Part shown: in pieces, positions 37,166 to 50,695 of the stretch
Layout: each line of letters opens with the position of its first letter
Position numbering within the stretch: position 1 is the first letter of the stretch
Assembly (NCBI GenBank): GCA_051362555.1
Contig: CM120648.1
Span: 101,721 to 165,720, forward strand
Reading direction: 5' to 3'
Length of the DNA stretch: 64,000 nt
Origin: Lingula anatina
Taxonomy: Eukaryota > Animalia > Brachiopoda
The notes under the pieces: generated by a model
What the model was told of the DNA's origin: nothing
Database searches by the model: none
The model's input: the letters and a program-made list of their open reading frames with translations, nothing else
Position numbers and translations under genes: made by a program

Positions 37166-38864
37166 AACTGCAGCGTATTGAAAACAGCAGTGTGAACTGT
37201 GGCTTTCATCCATGTACAGGCAGATTTTTCTATATCAGGGAGGACATAACAAGGAGTTAGATATTGACAGTTTGAGAAAGTACTAGAGGTACTTCTTCTG
37301 GCCAGCCAAAGCAAAGGAGTTTTATTATGTCTTTCTACATGCAGCGTTCCTCATTACTTGTATGAGAGAAAGAAAACCAGTTCTTAGTATCATGTCTAAC
37401 TTAAAGATGGCGCCACTTTTGACAAAACTCCACAAGATGAAAGATGTTGATCACCACACTTATGACATATATAGTCTATGTTTACTATGACTTTTGTCTC
37501 TGAATGGCAGAATTCCAGTGGAAATAAAATTTTTAAAAAAAGTAACGTAATACCAGATTAATGTTACACATCAGGTTTGATAAATCATGTAAGGACTTTG
37601 TGGTTTAGAACATTTTGATATGTTACATGACAAAAAGGCTTGTTAAACTCATCTTTTTATAAATTAAAATTTTTCTTATTTGCTAGTCTTTATGATACTG
37701 TAAAAAAACAAGGCTTATTTCTTACCATTTCAATAAAAAATGCTGTAAATTTCTAACACCGCATTTCACTATCTGCAAAATAAATGTGTAAATACATTAA
37801 TAAAACCACACTTTTAGTTATAGCTTATTTAATAATGAGTGAATAGAGAAAAAAGTTACAATTTTGACATTTCATTCTTTGAGTTGGTAATTTGAAGGCA
37901 CATGGCTGACAAGCTGAGTCTGTTACTTTTAACCCTTCATTTTCTAGATAAACTATTCTTTTCTGTAATCATTTGATTATAGATCGTGTTCCAATACTGA
38001 TCACCCTGATTTGCCTGTATTTCTGGGATAAATATGGCTCTGCGGCCTTTTCCTGTATGTGACCCTACCTCAACTACTTGTATATCAAAGAACAATGCAT
38101 AAAATCTTTAGAGATGTTAAATTGTAATCAGCTACTGTGGTATCAGTTTCACATAAAAGCTTAAGTCAGGTTCCTTGGCTAACAACTTAATTACCAAGGT
38201 TACATGGTCACATGGGAACATCTTACCCTATCAGAAACAGTGTTACAGCACTCATGGGAATCCTGGTCAACTAAGCCATGGAACTGACTTATAATTTTAT
38301 TAATTAATTTTTTTTTTTTTTTTTTTTTTTGTGAAACTGGGGTCTGGATGATGTTATTAATAGTACTGAAATCATCATCTTTAAAAGGAAAACTTGTGCA
38401 TATCTTGCACTGTATTTTATGTAAAGACATAAATAATAAAATGAAATGTAACAGTTTTAACAATATAATAATTTGTAAAAATATATATCTCTTGTTAGTA
38501 ATCACAAAATTGCTTTATGTTGCACCCCAGTTGATAAGGCATTATATGTATGTATAAGTCTTTAACAAAGAGTAAGACCATGGTTTTACAACATGCAATA
38601 ACTATCTAACCATATACATGTTCAGAAGGTACATTGTACTAATGACCAACATTAATGAAATTAATGAACCTAAAAAAAATGTGCACAAAATCAGTCGTGA
38701 CTGAATAAATCACTTGACCAAGTGATAAAAAATGGAAGCATTTCAAATATAATTTGACTTAGCAAAATTACTGTAAAAAAACTCCAGATTCTGTGATACT
38801 ACTTTTCTAATAAGCACCTCAATTTGACATTCTATCTTTTTTGTTGTCAACATGTAACTGCAGC

Positions 38865-39042
38865 CACCTGCCATAGAGAGATGTGAAGTCTTTGAGTGCA
38901 TTCATAGTGAAACTATCTAATCAGCTCAGCAGGGACTCTCACCAAATGCAATCACCTGCCATAGAGAGATGTGAAGTCTTTGAGTGCATTCATAGTGAAA
39001 CTATCTAACCAACTCAGCAGGGACTCTCACCAAATGCAATCA
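38865..39042. repeat. 88-bp direct tandem duplication (2 copies)
   Basis: cacctgccatagagagatgtgaag...caaatgcaatca at 38865 and 38953, nearly identical. Confidence 0.9.
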
Positions 39043-39501
39043 GACGAACAGATTAACACGTTATTTCTGACCCACTCGTATAATCACCAACTTGTCCGTT
39101 TTCTACTCAGTGCCACAGAAATACATAAAATCTTGATACAACTTTGCATTGGTGATCCAATTTACTAAGAACATGGTAAAATGTTTACCCGAGTCCTGAC
39201 AACATTTATTTTCGTTGGTTTCTTTAGGGTGGTTATGACTAGCCTTCAGCCATCTTTATCAGTCTCCTAAAGATGGCTGACGGTGCGTTAAAATATTTCA
39301 TGTGAGTGATACAATTTTACTTATAAACAGATTGTGACAAAAGAACTTTTGACTTATGCCATCTATCAAATGAATGAAACTTTTTTAACATGCCCACATA
39401 TTATTGACTTGAAATTATAATGGAAGATTTATGCTATAATTAAACATTCTTGAAGCTCTAGAAATTCTTCACCAGTTCCCCTTTTGCCACGAGAACGAGG
39501 G

Positions 39502-42500
39502 TCAGAAGTGTTCAACTTGGTCTTTTTTATTCTGGCTGAAGGCCAAGTTGTTGATTCCATTTTCTTCCTAGTAACCCTCTTGAAGCTCATTTTCTTCCTC
39601 TTTCTGGAAAAAGAACCTTGAACCATTAAAAATTCACTCTTCAGTTATTTATAGATGTTGTAATGTTAAAAAGATTAATTGTAATTTATCATTTCATAAA
39701 CATACCTTGTACAGACATACAGATATGTACTAACTAGTATAATAAATGTCTTATAACAGACAAAAACTCAACATTAATAATGAAAACAACTTACTATCAA
39801 TACACAACAACAACATCAAGCTGTAATATTTGTTATATAATAAGTTTTATCCTTAAAATAAGCAAATCCTGAGTCTTAAGGCCAAGAAGTTTTCAAAAAT
39901 TCAGTTCTAAATCAAATTAAACATCATACTTGATAAAAGTATTTGTGTTTTAATGCAGTAACTGTTACTTTGAAAATTAACCATTATGATAGTCATTGCT
40001 TTGATCTTTTTAGTTTAATTAGATGAGATTACTTTATTACAGCTGATAAGTTTCTATGTAATCAATTACTGCTGATGTGACTTTTCCCTCAAATTAGTCC
40101 CACCACCACAGGTATGTCTATTTCTATGGATAGAAGACCAGTTATGTCACAGACAAAAGGTTGGAAAGAGAGAGCTATATTCAAGCCAATATACCGCTAG
40201 AAGCACTTCGAAGTGTGTGTGCATGCGTGCGTGCATGGTGCATGTGTGTATTGTATTATGAGTGTGTTACGTTTCTGTTTGTGAACGTGATCTTCACATT
40301 AACTTAAATGTACTTGTTTTAATCCATATTTCTTTCTTCAAATCTTGAGTCCCCAAACTATTCAACACATGTATTATGATATGTGTCATGATTTTGATCA
40401 TGTGTAACAAAATTACCTGATGCATGAAGACATCTGCTGTGGAAGATATAGAAAAGATGTGTAACTGTTAGTATCACATCTATTATCTAAATAATTATAG
40501 TATTAAATTGCTCTGCAAAGGAAAGCCAGAGAAACTTTACAAACATGCGACATGCAGTTTTCTTTTTTTTTTTTTTAATATTAAAAAGAATAGCTTCTAC
40601 ATTTACACATAGAGATATTAGTATTTCAAATTGTGAGCCCTCTAGAATGAAATGAACCAGCATGCAAAAAGAAAAAAAAAATACATATTAATCAAAACTT
40701 TGTAAAGTGGGCTGAAAATGTTTGATTTACTTTTTCATTAATGATAAATTGTCATTATTTGGTAATAGATACATGCAACTATCATTAAAATTAGAATGTC
40801 TAAAACATAAGATTATAAAAAATGTCAGATGAAAGAAAAATGGCTCAAATAATGCAAGAAAAAAAAAAAAAATATATATATATATACATATTTATATATA
40901 CCGTCTCTGATTTCCTACAGCAACAACACCATGAGAACAACAGTCTGTCATCAATGTCTTCCCTTTTCATCGGGCCTGAAAGTAGCAAAAAAAGTCATGG
41001 TATTTACAATATATAAGTGGTAAAACTGTTTTAGATAAGAGAATGAAAGTCAATTGTGCATCAGCTATCAGAGACAGGCCTCACAAATAAATTTTAAGAG
41101 TAAGTTTAAAGTTGTGTCTTGTTCGAGTCAAGAAAAAATAACCCTGTGCTTCAAGCATTTTATTCTCTAACACAGGAATGTAAAAGAAATGAAATAAAAA
41201 GGCAAACATGTGACCTTTCAATCCGTATTTGTGCTTTAAACATTAACTGGCCTTAAATGCCACACTGTTTCACAAAACTGATTACAATCAAATTCAGATA
41301 GCATGATGCCCATATAACACAATTAATACAATACCAAAGATCACATCTAACGCAATCAGAAACAGATCACATCTAACAATCTTTACCTTCCTATGGATCA
41401 CATCTAACACAATCATTACTAGATCACACCTAACACAACCCATACCATACAACATTTCACATCTAACACAATCCTTACCATGCTACAGATCACATCTAAC
41501 ACAATGAACACATCAGATCACATCTAAAACACACTACCTGTGATCAAGCTGATAACTGTACCAAATACCAGTGTGGTAATCAATCCCACTGCACCATACC
41601 ACATGTAGGACACTGTGTACAACCTGGTGAGATCAAACCTGGAATATTATCATAAATATAAGGACTGGGAAATTTATAAAGATGAACTAATACTAGGTAT
41701 AAAACATACTACACAAACAAAATAGGTCAAATTAATGAAATAGTAACAAATAATATAATTTGCTAAATAAACAAAAGAAAAATTACTATAAAAAGGAATT
41801 ACCCAGATTCTCTGTCTTGGGCAGGACTGTCTGAGGCCAGCACTGATGGCACTGTGGTCAAGTTGGTGACCAAGAGGTCAACAGCTGAACTGACCATGGA
41901 GGCGTTTCCGTCACTCAGACACCCTGATATGTTGGTTGGCAGGTAATTAGTGGGGGGTTTGTGCAGGTAAGCTCCAAAACTGATCCACAGGGGGAAAGCT
42001 AACCCCAATATACCACCTATCAAAACTCCCTGCAAACAAACTAGAACTCATTACTATCATAATAACAATCTTTATTAGTTCTAACGCAATTTTTACAAAA
42101 GCTATGACCAAACAAGTACACAAATAGCATAATGAAATAGGTGATGTGTTCATATAATGATTACTTTATGCTAATCAAAATTCCATATGAAGTCATGTTA
42201 TAAAGTGCACAAACACTAATCACTTCATAACAATGATTAATCAAAAAAAAAAAAAAAAAAAAAAGAAATCCTAAATATGACCAGGGTGACTACACAATTG
42301 TTTAAGTACCCAGTGGCTTACGTACCAGCCAGTTGGCAAAAGGGACCAAAGCTCCCAGCAGGAACATCCCGAGTAGGGGTCCGTTTGCCGCGCCTTGAAA
42401 ACTCAGCCCCAGCTGCATCACAGTGCCTCCTAATTGACTGGTCAGGAAGGCAAAACCAATACAGAGAGCACCAAAGAAGATCACTGAATAATGTATGGTG

Positions 42501-44835
42501 AGGAAAAAAGTAGGTAAAAAATATAAGTATAAATAAAAAGTTGGTAAAAAATAGAAGTATAAATGACAAAGCAAAAGATTCATTCTGTTATTTAATACTA
42601 AGTCAATGAAAAAGTATTAATTCTAATACTGGATCTGACTTTGAAACAGAGATCACTTTCTTTTGACATTATCACAAAACCATTTTTAGGTGAACTAATT
42701 TTGAGTTGTCACTGGTGTCACGTGATAAGGTCAAAACGCTATGATCTCCATTTCAACATAAGATCCAGTATTTGAATTATTTTGTCATTATTTAAGTATT
42801 TATCATTACATGTTTGGTTTGACAAGGTAACTGCACAAGGTAAAATTATAGTGTATATACTACTAAAAAAACTGCCATATTCCATACTACACACCAAGCC
42901 CCTTGCTGATCCAAGTTTTCTTCCTCTCTGCAATGTGGTTCAATTTTGGTTTGAAGACATCCTCCCAAGTTACTGCTGCTAAGGCACTTTGTGCTGATGA
43001 TACAGTGCTGAAAGTACATCAATAACAGTAATAACAGCATGGTAACATTAACAGTATTTTAGCTAAAGCACTTTGTGCTGATGATACAGTGCTGAAAGTG
43101 CATCAATAACAGTAATAACAGCATGGTAACATTAACAGTATTGTAGCTGAGGCTTGAGACGTTTGTAGAGAGGATACAACACAGCAAAGACGCTAATTAT
43201 TAGTAGCAATAACATGATGGCAATGACATCCTTGTTGCAAAGGTTGCAAAGCACATTTTGCAGAGAATACAGTAATAGTGCTGCACATATACCAATAACA
43301 TTAACAGTAACCTCAGACAACATTCAGGGTACCCTGTGTATAACAGGTATATAGTATCTCACCTAAGAGCTCCACTAAGTATACATGCTATGAACAACCC
43401 TGGAACCCCAGGGTAGCTGAGCTGGTCCATCAGAAAATATGGAATGATCTGAATGACAAGAAGTTAAATATAACTATAAAATAATATAACTTACACAACC
43501 ACTGTCAATGTTGTGGACAATATTAATAGGAAAAATAAATATAAAAATTGAAAATAAGGAGAAAAAGATTTGATTTTGACAATTTTTCTAATTACCTGAT
43601 TTGCATTCTTAATATACTTGGCCTTCAGAGGGTCACAGTTGATGCTGGCATAGTAAGCATAGACCACAACCCCAGCCAGGCATATCAGGCTGTACATTAT
43701 AAACCATAGCGGAGGATTCAAAATCATCACTCTGGAAAAATTAATTTTACAATTTTTTTCTAATCAACACAGCATTACTCACAATACTCCATTAAAAATA
43801 AGTCAGATATGTTTGTGTGTTCATACTTCATTTAGTTTTAGTTTTATTCTGAACATTGCATCATCTTTGAGGGCTGATTGAATTAAATCAAACTGACAGA
43901 CAGACAGACAGACAGAAAGAAAAACATACTCTAAACATCACAGTATTTTTATGGAATTGATTGCTCAAACAGACAGATGGACAGACTCGCACTTTCTCCT
44001 ATGTCCCATTCTTAACACATTGTGACAGCATCTTTGTGGGAATGAATGCTCAAAACAAACAGACAGACAGACAAACAGACAGACAAACAGAGGGCCAAAC
44101 TCACAGTTTTGCCTTGGCTCCCGTCTCCACATTGCAGTATCTCTGAGTACTGGCCTGATTGACACCATAGAAAGCCACCAGCTGCAGCGTGCCTCCCACT
44201 ATGATGGCCCAGAAAGTATGCCGCTTGGTGGGGTCTGGGTTGAAACTATAATAATAATAATAATAAGGTATTTTACTCTTATAGCATTACACAGCTGATG
44301 AAATTCTTCCCTGAAAATTACTGGGCTTGTATCTTGAAAAGTTGTAAACTTGGACATGGCATTACTGAGCTCTTATATCATATATTGCCCACTGGATTAT
44401 GAGAATCAATTTTCAAATCAACCAAACATTTTTTCTGTGTCAAACTGAAACCAGATCTTTCATAACTGTTGCAGTGATTGCAAACTGCGTATTTACAAAT
44501 ATCTAAATAAAAACAAGGCATACTCAAAGAAATCAAGTCTTCCTCCTTCATCATTAATGTTCCATACTTCTTCCAAGCCTCCAACTTTAAGGCTCCCCTG
44601 TTAAAAAAAAAACTTAGTCTAACATTTGAACATTAAAAAAATATAATGATTTTTTAAATAGTTATTATAAACATAACATAAATACAAAACTTCAAGTCTG
44701 TTTTTTGTCTTTGTCTACAGTCTTTATTCACTGACCCATCCATTCATTAATTCATCCATTCCTGTACTACAATGTACTTCTACTGCTGCTGCTGCTACTA
44801 CTACTACTATTATTACTACGACTATTACTACGACG

Positions 44836-44870
<35 letters not shown>

Positions 44871-47064
44871 CTGGATGATGATAGCCAGTATTCCTCCAAT
44901 CATAACCAAACTTTGTAACACATCTGCCCATACTACTGCCTTGATACCTCCCTGGAATATAATTAATATTAAACATCACCACAGACCAATTTTACAGTTA
45001 TAGTCATTCTTCCTAAAAAAACAAATATTATACTTCACAGGCCTATTTACAAAAATGTTTCAAAAATTTACTTTTAACTGATCAATACATATAGACTTAT
45101 ATAGTGCAATTTAATAACAAGGCAGCAAAGCTGTAAAATGTACAGAAAATAAGGATGTACAAATTAGGTTATTTTCCCAATTTTGATGCAATAATACATT
45201 ATGCTTAACAGCAAAGTCAGCATCAGATTTATGGTTGGATCCAGCTGGTCTTAATTCAAACTCAACCTGTAGTGTATTTTCATTAACATGGATCACTCCT
45301 GTTAGTTTGAATTCAGGGCCACACTGCAGGGTAAGACAATGTGTACCACACTTACCAATGCTGTATAAAAAGTAGACACCAGTCCAACACTGAGAATAGT
45401 AGCCCACAGAGGAAGACCTGTCACTGAAATGGAATGGAGTCAAATACAGATACCAATTCTTGTTCTTATCTAAGGATAAGCAACATAAAAAGTTAACTAT
45501 ATGCAATTATTAATTGTTCACATCAAATGCAATATCAGTACAGACAGTCAAACAAATATCAACTAAAAAAATGCTCTGTTGCAGCGTAAATCACTCTCAC
45601 CCCTGATAAAACCAACTCTCTAATATAATGTCACACTATGTTCTTAAATCTCCTTTTAAGATTTTAGTCAAACCACTGCCTGATTATACATGCATACCAG
45701 GTGCTAGGTCACACTGAAGAGTCACCATATTTACCTGCCTCTAGAGCAGTGGCAGGAGCATAGATAGCAACAGACATGATGAGGACCTAAAGGGAGAATA
45801 AATACATGTATAATCAACATAATCAATTAATGGTTTGTTTATATCAAAAAGAAACTGATGTCAAAATGATGCATTTTACAGATACTGAATTTTGAAAGTC
45901 ATAAATTATGACAATAAAAACATTCCTACTGATTGGTTGTAACAACTGAAAAGCAGGCTACCTTATAGTTCTATTCCATTCACTAAAAGAACTACTAAAA
46001 TGCTATACAGAAATATAATTTTGAATGGTTCCAAAATTATTCAACTGAAAGAATGATTATTTATCCCATTGAAAAGAATGAGTCCTTACCAGAACATTTA
46101 GAAGAAAACAAAAACTTCTACCTTTTTTTCTCTAAAAAAATATTTTATATTCTTCACCTTAAAATAGCCTGAACTGCGATCAGATTTTTCTTGTTGTAAT
46201 CAACTGTCCCTTGAGACAGCTGCCACTTACTGTGTAGATCAAAAGAATGACAAACCCCAAGATCCTGACAGACTTAGATTTGTACCTAAGTTCCAAGTAC
46301 TGAAAATAAACCCAAAGACTTTATCATTTCATCATTCCTCATATTTGTTCAGAAAATGGAAATGTGGACAACTTGAAAATATTTTACTTTTACAGAAATT
46401 GTTTGAAAATGGTTATTGGAGAAATGTGCATAATTATATTACTCTCTTATGATAATCATAAAATAAATTTGATAGGACCCTCTGCTGCAATGACCTCTCA
46501 TCTGAAATAATTCATAAGAAATGATAGAGGGAGCCACTGCTGCACTGACCTCATTCACAGATGTCAAGCGTAGGGGATAGAGAAGAGGTACAAAGGTCAC
46601 ACTGGCCACTATGGCAGCCAGACCCAGAGAATATGTGAACAGATAATATTGCGTCCCCTGGTAATACATCTCTGCCGACGCTCCAAGGATAGAAATAGCA
46701 GAACATAGCGACACCAGTAAAGATACAGCGACAGGAGCCACCTGGAATGTTAATACATGTATCTCTATAAAAACAAATTTCAATATCATTAGACAAGTCA
46801 TGCTGGAACTATTAACTTCTGAATCAGTAAACATTTTTAATGGATAAAAATACAAAGAAAAGCAGTTGAATTAAATGTATTATTTGTTTTTTATCTACAA
46901 GTTGCAATTACCTTTAGCTTTCGATCAGCTGTCAAGAACTCATGGTTGGTCTTCTGTTTCCCGCCACTTAAAGAATAGTAAATCCCTGTAGCAGCTGACG
47001 CAACCAAAACAGCCACCAAGATGACATAGTCCGCCCAATGGAATTTGTTGTCTGTGGGAGTCAT
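39502..47064 (-). CDS. Sodium:solute symporter, SLC5A8/SLC5A12 (SMCT)-like, ~590-610 aa, 16 coding exons
   Basis: Exons 47064-46912, 46741-46550, 46299-46231, 45786-45735, 45423-45356, 44951-44871, 44597-44524, 44245-44105, 43731-43596, 43448-43363, 43007-42895, 42483-42326, 42029-41803, 41638-41538, 40975-40902 and 39603-39568 (or 39502), with consistent phases. Motifs WADYV, YLELRY, YTALGGIKAVVWADV, FNPDPTKRHTFW, GVNQASTQRY, CDPL, PGVPGLF and GPLLGMFLLG. The last exon is uncertain. Confidence 0.9.
41338..41545 (-). repeat. Decayed ~20-35-bp repeat abutting the SLC5A exon 14 donor
   Basis: About seven gatcacatctaacacaa(tccttacc) units running up to the donor at 41537. Confidence 0.65.
42978..43152 (-). 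repeat. 84-bp tandem duplication of the SLC5A exon 11 acceptor plus ~30 nt of exon
   Basis: ctttcag|CACTGTATCATCAGCACAAAGTGC with starts at 43007 (functional) and 43091 (copy). Confidence 0.9.
44775..44870 (-). repeat. (GTA)n microsatellite beginning exactly at the SLC5A exon 6 donor
   Basis: CAG|GTAGTAGTAGTAG... on the minus strand. Confidence 0.9.
45116..45212. mobile_element. Truncated copy of the HINE-like family seen at 31354
   Basis: aacaaggcagcaaagctgtaaaatgtacaga...aattttgatgcaataatacattatgcttaacagc matches segments of 31354-31632. Confidence 0.7.
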
Positions 47065-47692
47065 CCTGAACTGCAAGACACATTTCTAGATATATATTAC
47101 TGCTGTATATTAAGTTATCATTATCTTAACCCAACATAACAATAAGTCAGAAATCCCGTACAAGATTTGTTAAAAAGATCATACCAAACAGCTAAAAACC
47201 ACAAAGTTTAAATCAAATCAGAAAAGTGGTGATATATGTCTAGCTAGCCCACTGCAATATAGACTGAATAATATGTCAGCCAGCCACTCATTGTTGCTGC
47301 ACAGGAATGCTGGAAACGTGGTATTCTGCCTGCCTAACTGCAGCATGATAGGTGAACACAATCAACAACTTGTGTTACAGTACCAAAATAAACATTTTCA
47401 TCATGCATTAAAAACAACACAATATTCCACACAGTCACATTACATCTGCCATGTCTGTCTGCTAACCCACCAGTACCTGGCTCCAGCTTACACCAAATAA
47501 AAAGACACCTTCTGAGATAAAGTGCATATATATAGCAGACACTATACCTTATTCATTTTTTACCTGACTGACATATTTTGACCTATCACCAGTAAATGAT
47601 TGTGCACATGACATTTTTGTTTAGTAGGCCATGGAAGAAACGATCACTGCATGACATCATAACACCAACCTCACATGGTCCACATCATACTT

Positions 47693-47852
47693 TAGCTGGG
47701 TTGGTCCTACTCAAGGGGGATTCTCGCTAGAGTGCAGTCAGTTACAAGTAAAATAAGCTTAATGTCCGACACGCCTCTTAATTCAAGCAGCTGCATTGAT
47801 TTAGTTGATTGCTCTAGCGAGAATCCCCTGCAGAGCTGGACCATTCCAGCTA
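47693..47852. mobile_element. Degenerate MITE with inverted arms
   Basis: tagctgg...ggggattctcgctagag / ctctagcgagaatcccc...ccagcta. Confidence 0.65.
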
Positions 47853-48555
47853 GTAGTTCTGCGAATGTGCCCTAAGTCTATGTTCCGTTGATTATATTAG
47901 TCAAGCTCAAACTCAAGTCAGTTCACGTCAGCTTCTAACTGAAAAATACTGAGAAAGACAACCACTGAGTAAAGTTCAAACTCAAACAATATACAATATT
48001 TCATAATATGCATCAAAAATCTTTTTAACAGAAACAAACACACTACCCAGTTTATTGCACTTACCAGTAATTATCTTGAAAAAAAAGCAATTTTCTCCCA
48101 ATAATTTACAAATCAATGCTCAAGTTGCCTCTGCACTAAGACTCAATTTTTTCAACTGTGCAATTTTGAATTTGAATTTATTTAAAAATAACTCACGTCT
48201 TGTTTGGTCAGGATTTTTCAACGGCCATTATATCTTTTTGGTATTTCTGAATTAAATATCAACATCAGACACTTTTACTTGAATGGTTTTATCTCTTGAA
48301 ATGTCTGAATTAAGAAAGACAATTAAGTTGCTTTGTAGGATATAAAGTTATAAGGCTGTATTCCTAGAGCTTTTAGATCGATCTATCCCTGCAGGGAGTC
48401 TCAATAGATTACTGTCAGATATTCCGCCTTAAATGTCCGTCCCGCCTACTACAAGCCGTAAGGGGGTAATTAACTTTCGTGTCCGCTCGGCTGACAGCTA
48501 TTTAGTGTGAACCCCCGGGGAGTTAGGTCGAGCTTCAGCACAAATGTGCTCTCTT

Positions 48556-48931
48556 TGGAAGGTGACTTGGCACAATCTAGTAATACCTCACAACAAATAG
48601 GATAACTCTCTCTCTCTGTGGAAGGTGACTGGGTGCAATCTAGTAATACCTCACAATTAATAGGATAACTCTCTCTCTCTGTGGAAGGTGACTGCATGGG
48701 TGCAATCTAGTAATACCTCACAATTAATAGGATAACTCTCTCTCTCTCTGTGGAAGGTGACTGCATGGGTGCAATCTAGTAATACCTCACAACAAATAGG
48801 ATAACTATCTCTCTCTGTGGAAGGTGACTGGGTGCAATCTAGTAATACCTCACAATTAATAGGATAACTCTCTCTCTCTGTGGAAGGTGACTGGGTGCAA
48901 TCTAGTAATACCTCACAATTAATAGGATAAC
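48556..48931. repeat. Minisatellite, six 63-69-bp units
   Basis: tggaaggtgactgggtgcaatctagtaatacctcacaattaataggataac(tc)n. The tacctcac core recurs at ~48586, 48649, 48716, 48785, 48848 and 48911. Confidence 0.95.
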
Positions 48932-50695
48932 CATGTCTCTGAAACTGATAAATCCTAGATGGACTATAGCATGAGACCGGGGTGGTGCATACAGTAGCCT
49001 ATGTACCACAGGCCTGTAGCCAATTATTTCAAGGGGGAGGGATTTTAATTAAAAAAATTAAAATTTTAAATTATGTTCTGCCTGAAATATAAAACAGACC
49101 CTCTCCCCCCTAAGTAGACCTAACCTAAGAACAGGTATAAAAGTAGAACAAATTTTGATTCAGAGCTGAGCTCTTCTGGCCAGGGTGGTGGTTCTTTAAC
49201 CCCCCCCCCCCCCCCAATCCTCCCTTTCAGGCCTGCACCAGTAATTACTCAGTAAGTGACCCATGTAAAATGGCTATCATGTCCTGACCAGCAACAGTGA
49301 AAAAAAAGCTACTGGCCTTTTAAAATCTTTATCACATACAATGTGGCCATCAAAAGGAAAATATAATAGAGATAAATGATTGGTCAGCAGGTGAAGTTAT
49401 TTATTATTTACATCAAGGTCTTTATTATGGGAACTGAGCATGCATGTGTACACTAGCTTTTTGTACCAGTTTTACATACATGTACATGCAAGCACTCACA
49501 CCGATAATTATGTTTGTGTCCTTTGCTGCCTATATACCTGGTATGGAAAAGACAATGTCTAGTGGATTTTGTAATTCTAAGATAGAAAGGCCAGTCCACA
49601 CGGTTGTACCGCTGTATCCACTGCTAAGGACCAGCCAGCGAACATGTAGTCAGTATGGGCTGCACAGGGGTGTACGTGTACATGTATCAGCACGGGAGGA
49701 ACTATAGCTATTTGTCCAAGAAAACGGGTAGGGGGGTCTTAAATCTTGCTTGCCCAGTCATCATATGTGCACAGTGGTGTTGCTTGCTTAAAGGTGAATG
49801 AAAAATTGAAAACTCTGTTACCTACTTCAAGTTCAGTCTTGGCTAGGTCATGGTCAAGACACCTTATTTTTGTTGTTTGATTTCATCCGCATATTTTTAA
49901 CAGTTTCGTTTGTTAAACTTCGATCTACTACTAACACATATGCCTCGTACATCTGCAGTGCGCATGCGCCATGAATGGCTTGTTGGACAACATAAATATT
50001 AATTGATCTTTTAAGACCTTTGAGCTAAAAGGTCCGAGGGTTAACCGCGCGTTTTCCAATCACTGACACAAGGGCATAGTTCTTATGTTATTGCACTTTT
50101 TTTTTCTTTCAAATTTTGGAAATGGATAATCAATTGTCGTCAGAGTACAGGAACCGCTACAGGTGGATTTCAGAAGCGTAACCAGGCGTACGCACGGATG
50201 CACTGTGCGTTCAATTTTTTGGCCAACCTTGATATTATTATCGATAAATTTAATGTATTTTTCACGGAATATAATCAAAAATCCCCTTCGAGCTGGCTCT
50301 GCAATCAAAAACGAATGAGGCTCTCGTGCGTCCGTGCAAATTACCATTTATAATAATTAAGTGATCGATTTGACAACTTTTTTTACTCGTCATTATCATG
50401 AAGGCTTTTCTCCTTGTTTTAAAGTCTTTATTTAAGTCTTTTCTCTTAGGCGGAAATTGTCACTTATGTCTATCCTTTACCACCTATGCAACAGATCAAA
50501 AGTGAATTGAGTCAACCTTCTCGTTTTATTGATTGAAATTTCAATAAACTCCAGAAATGGGACGCGTGAAATAAAGCAATCGTGAAAAATCTATATACGT
50601 TCATTTGCCATCTATATGTTCTTAGATTGCTGAAATTATTTGTGTCACCATGTGAAACTACGTATAAAACTCGAACACGCTTATATCGTGAGCGC

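Noticed and set aside
49009-49235. caggcctg-bounded segment as a hAT MITE
   Set aside because: Ends are suggestive, but there is no TSD and the TIR match is too short to call.
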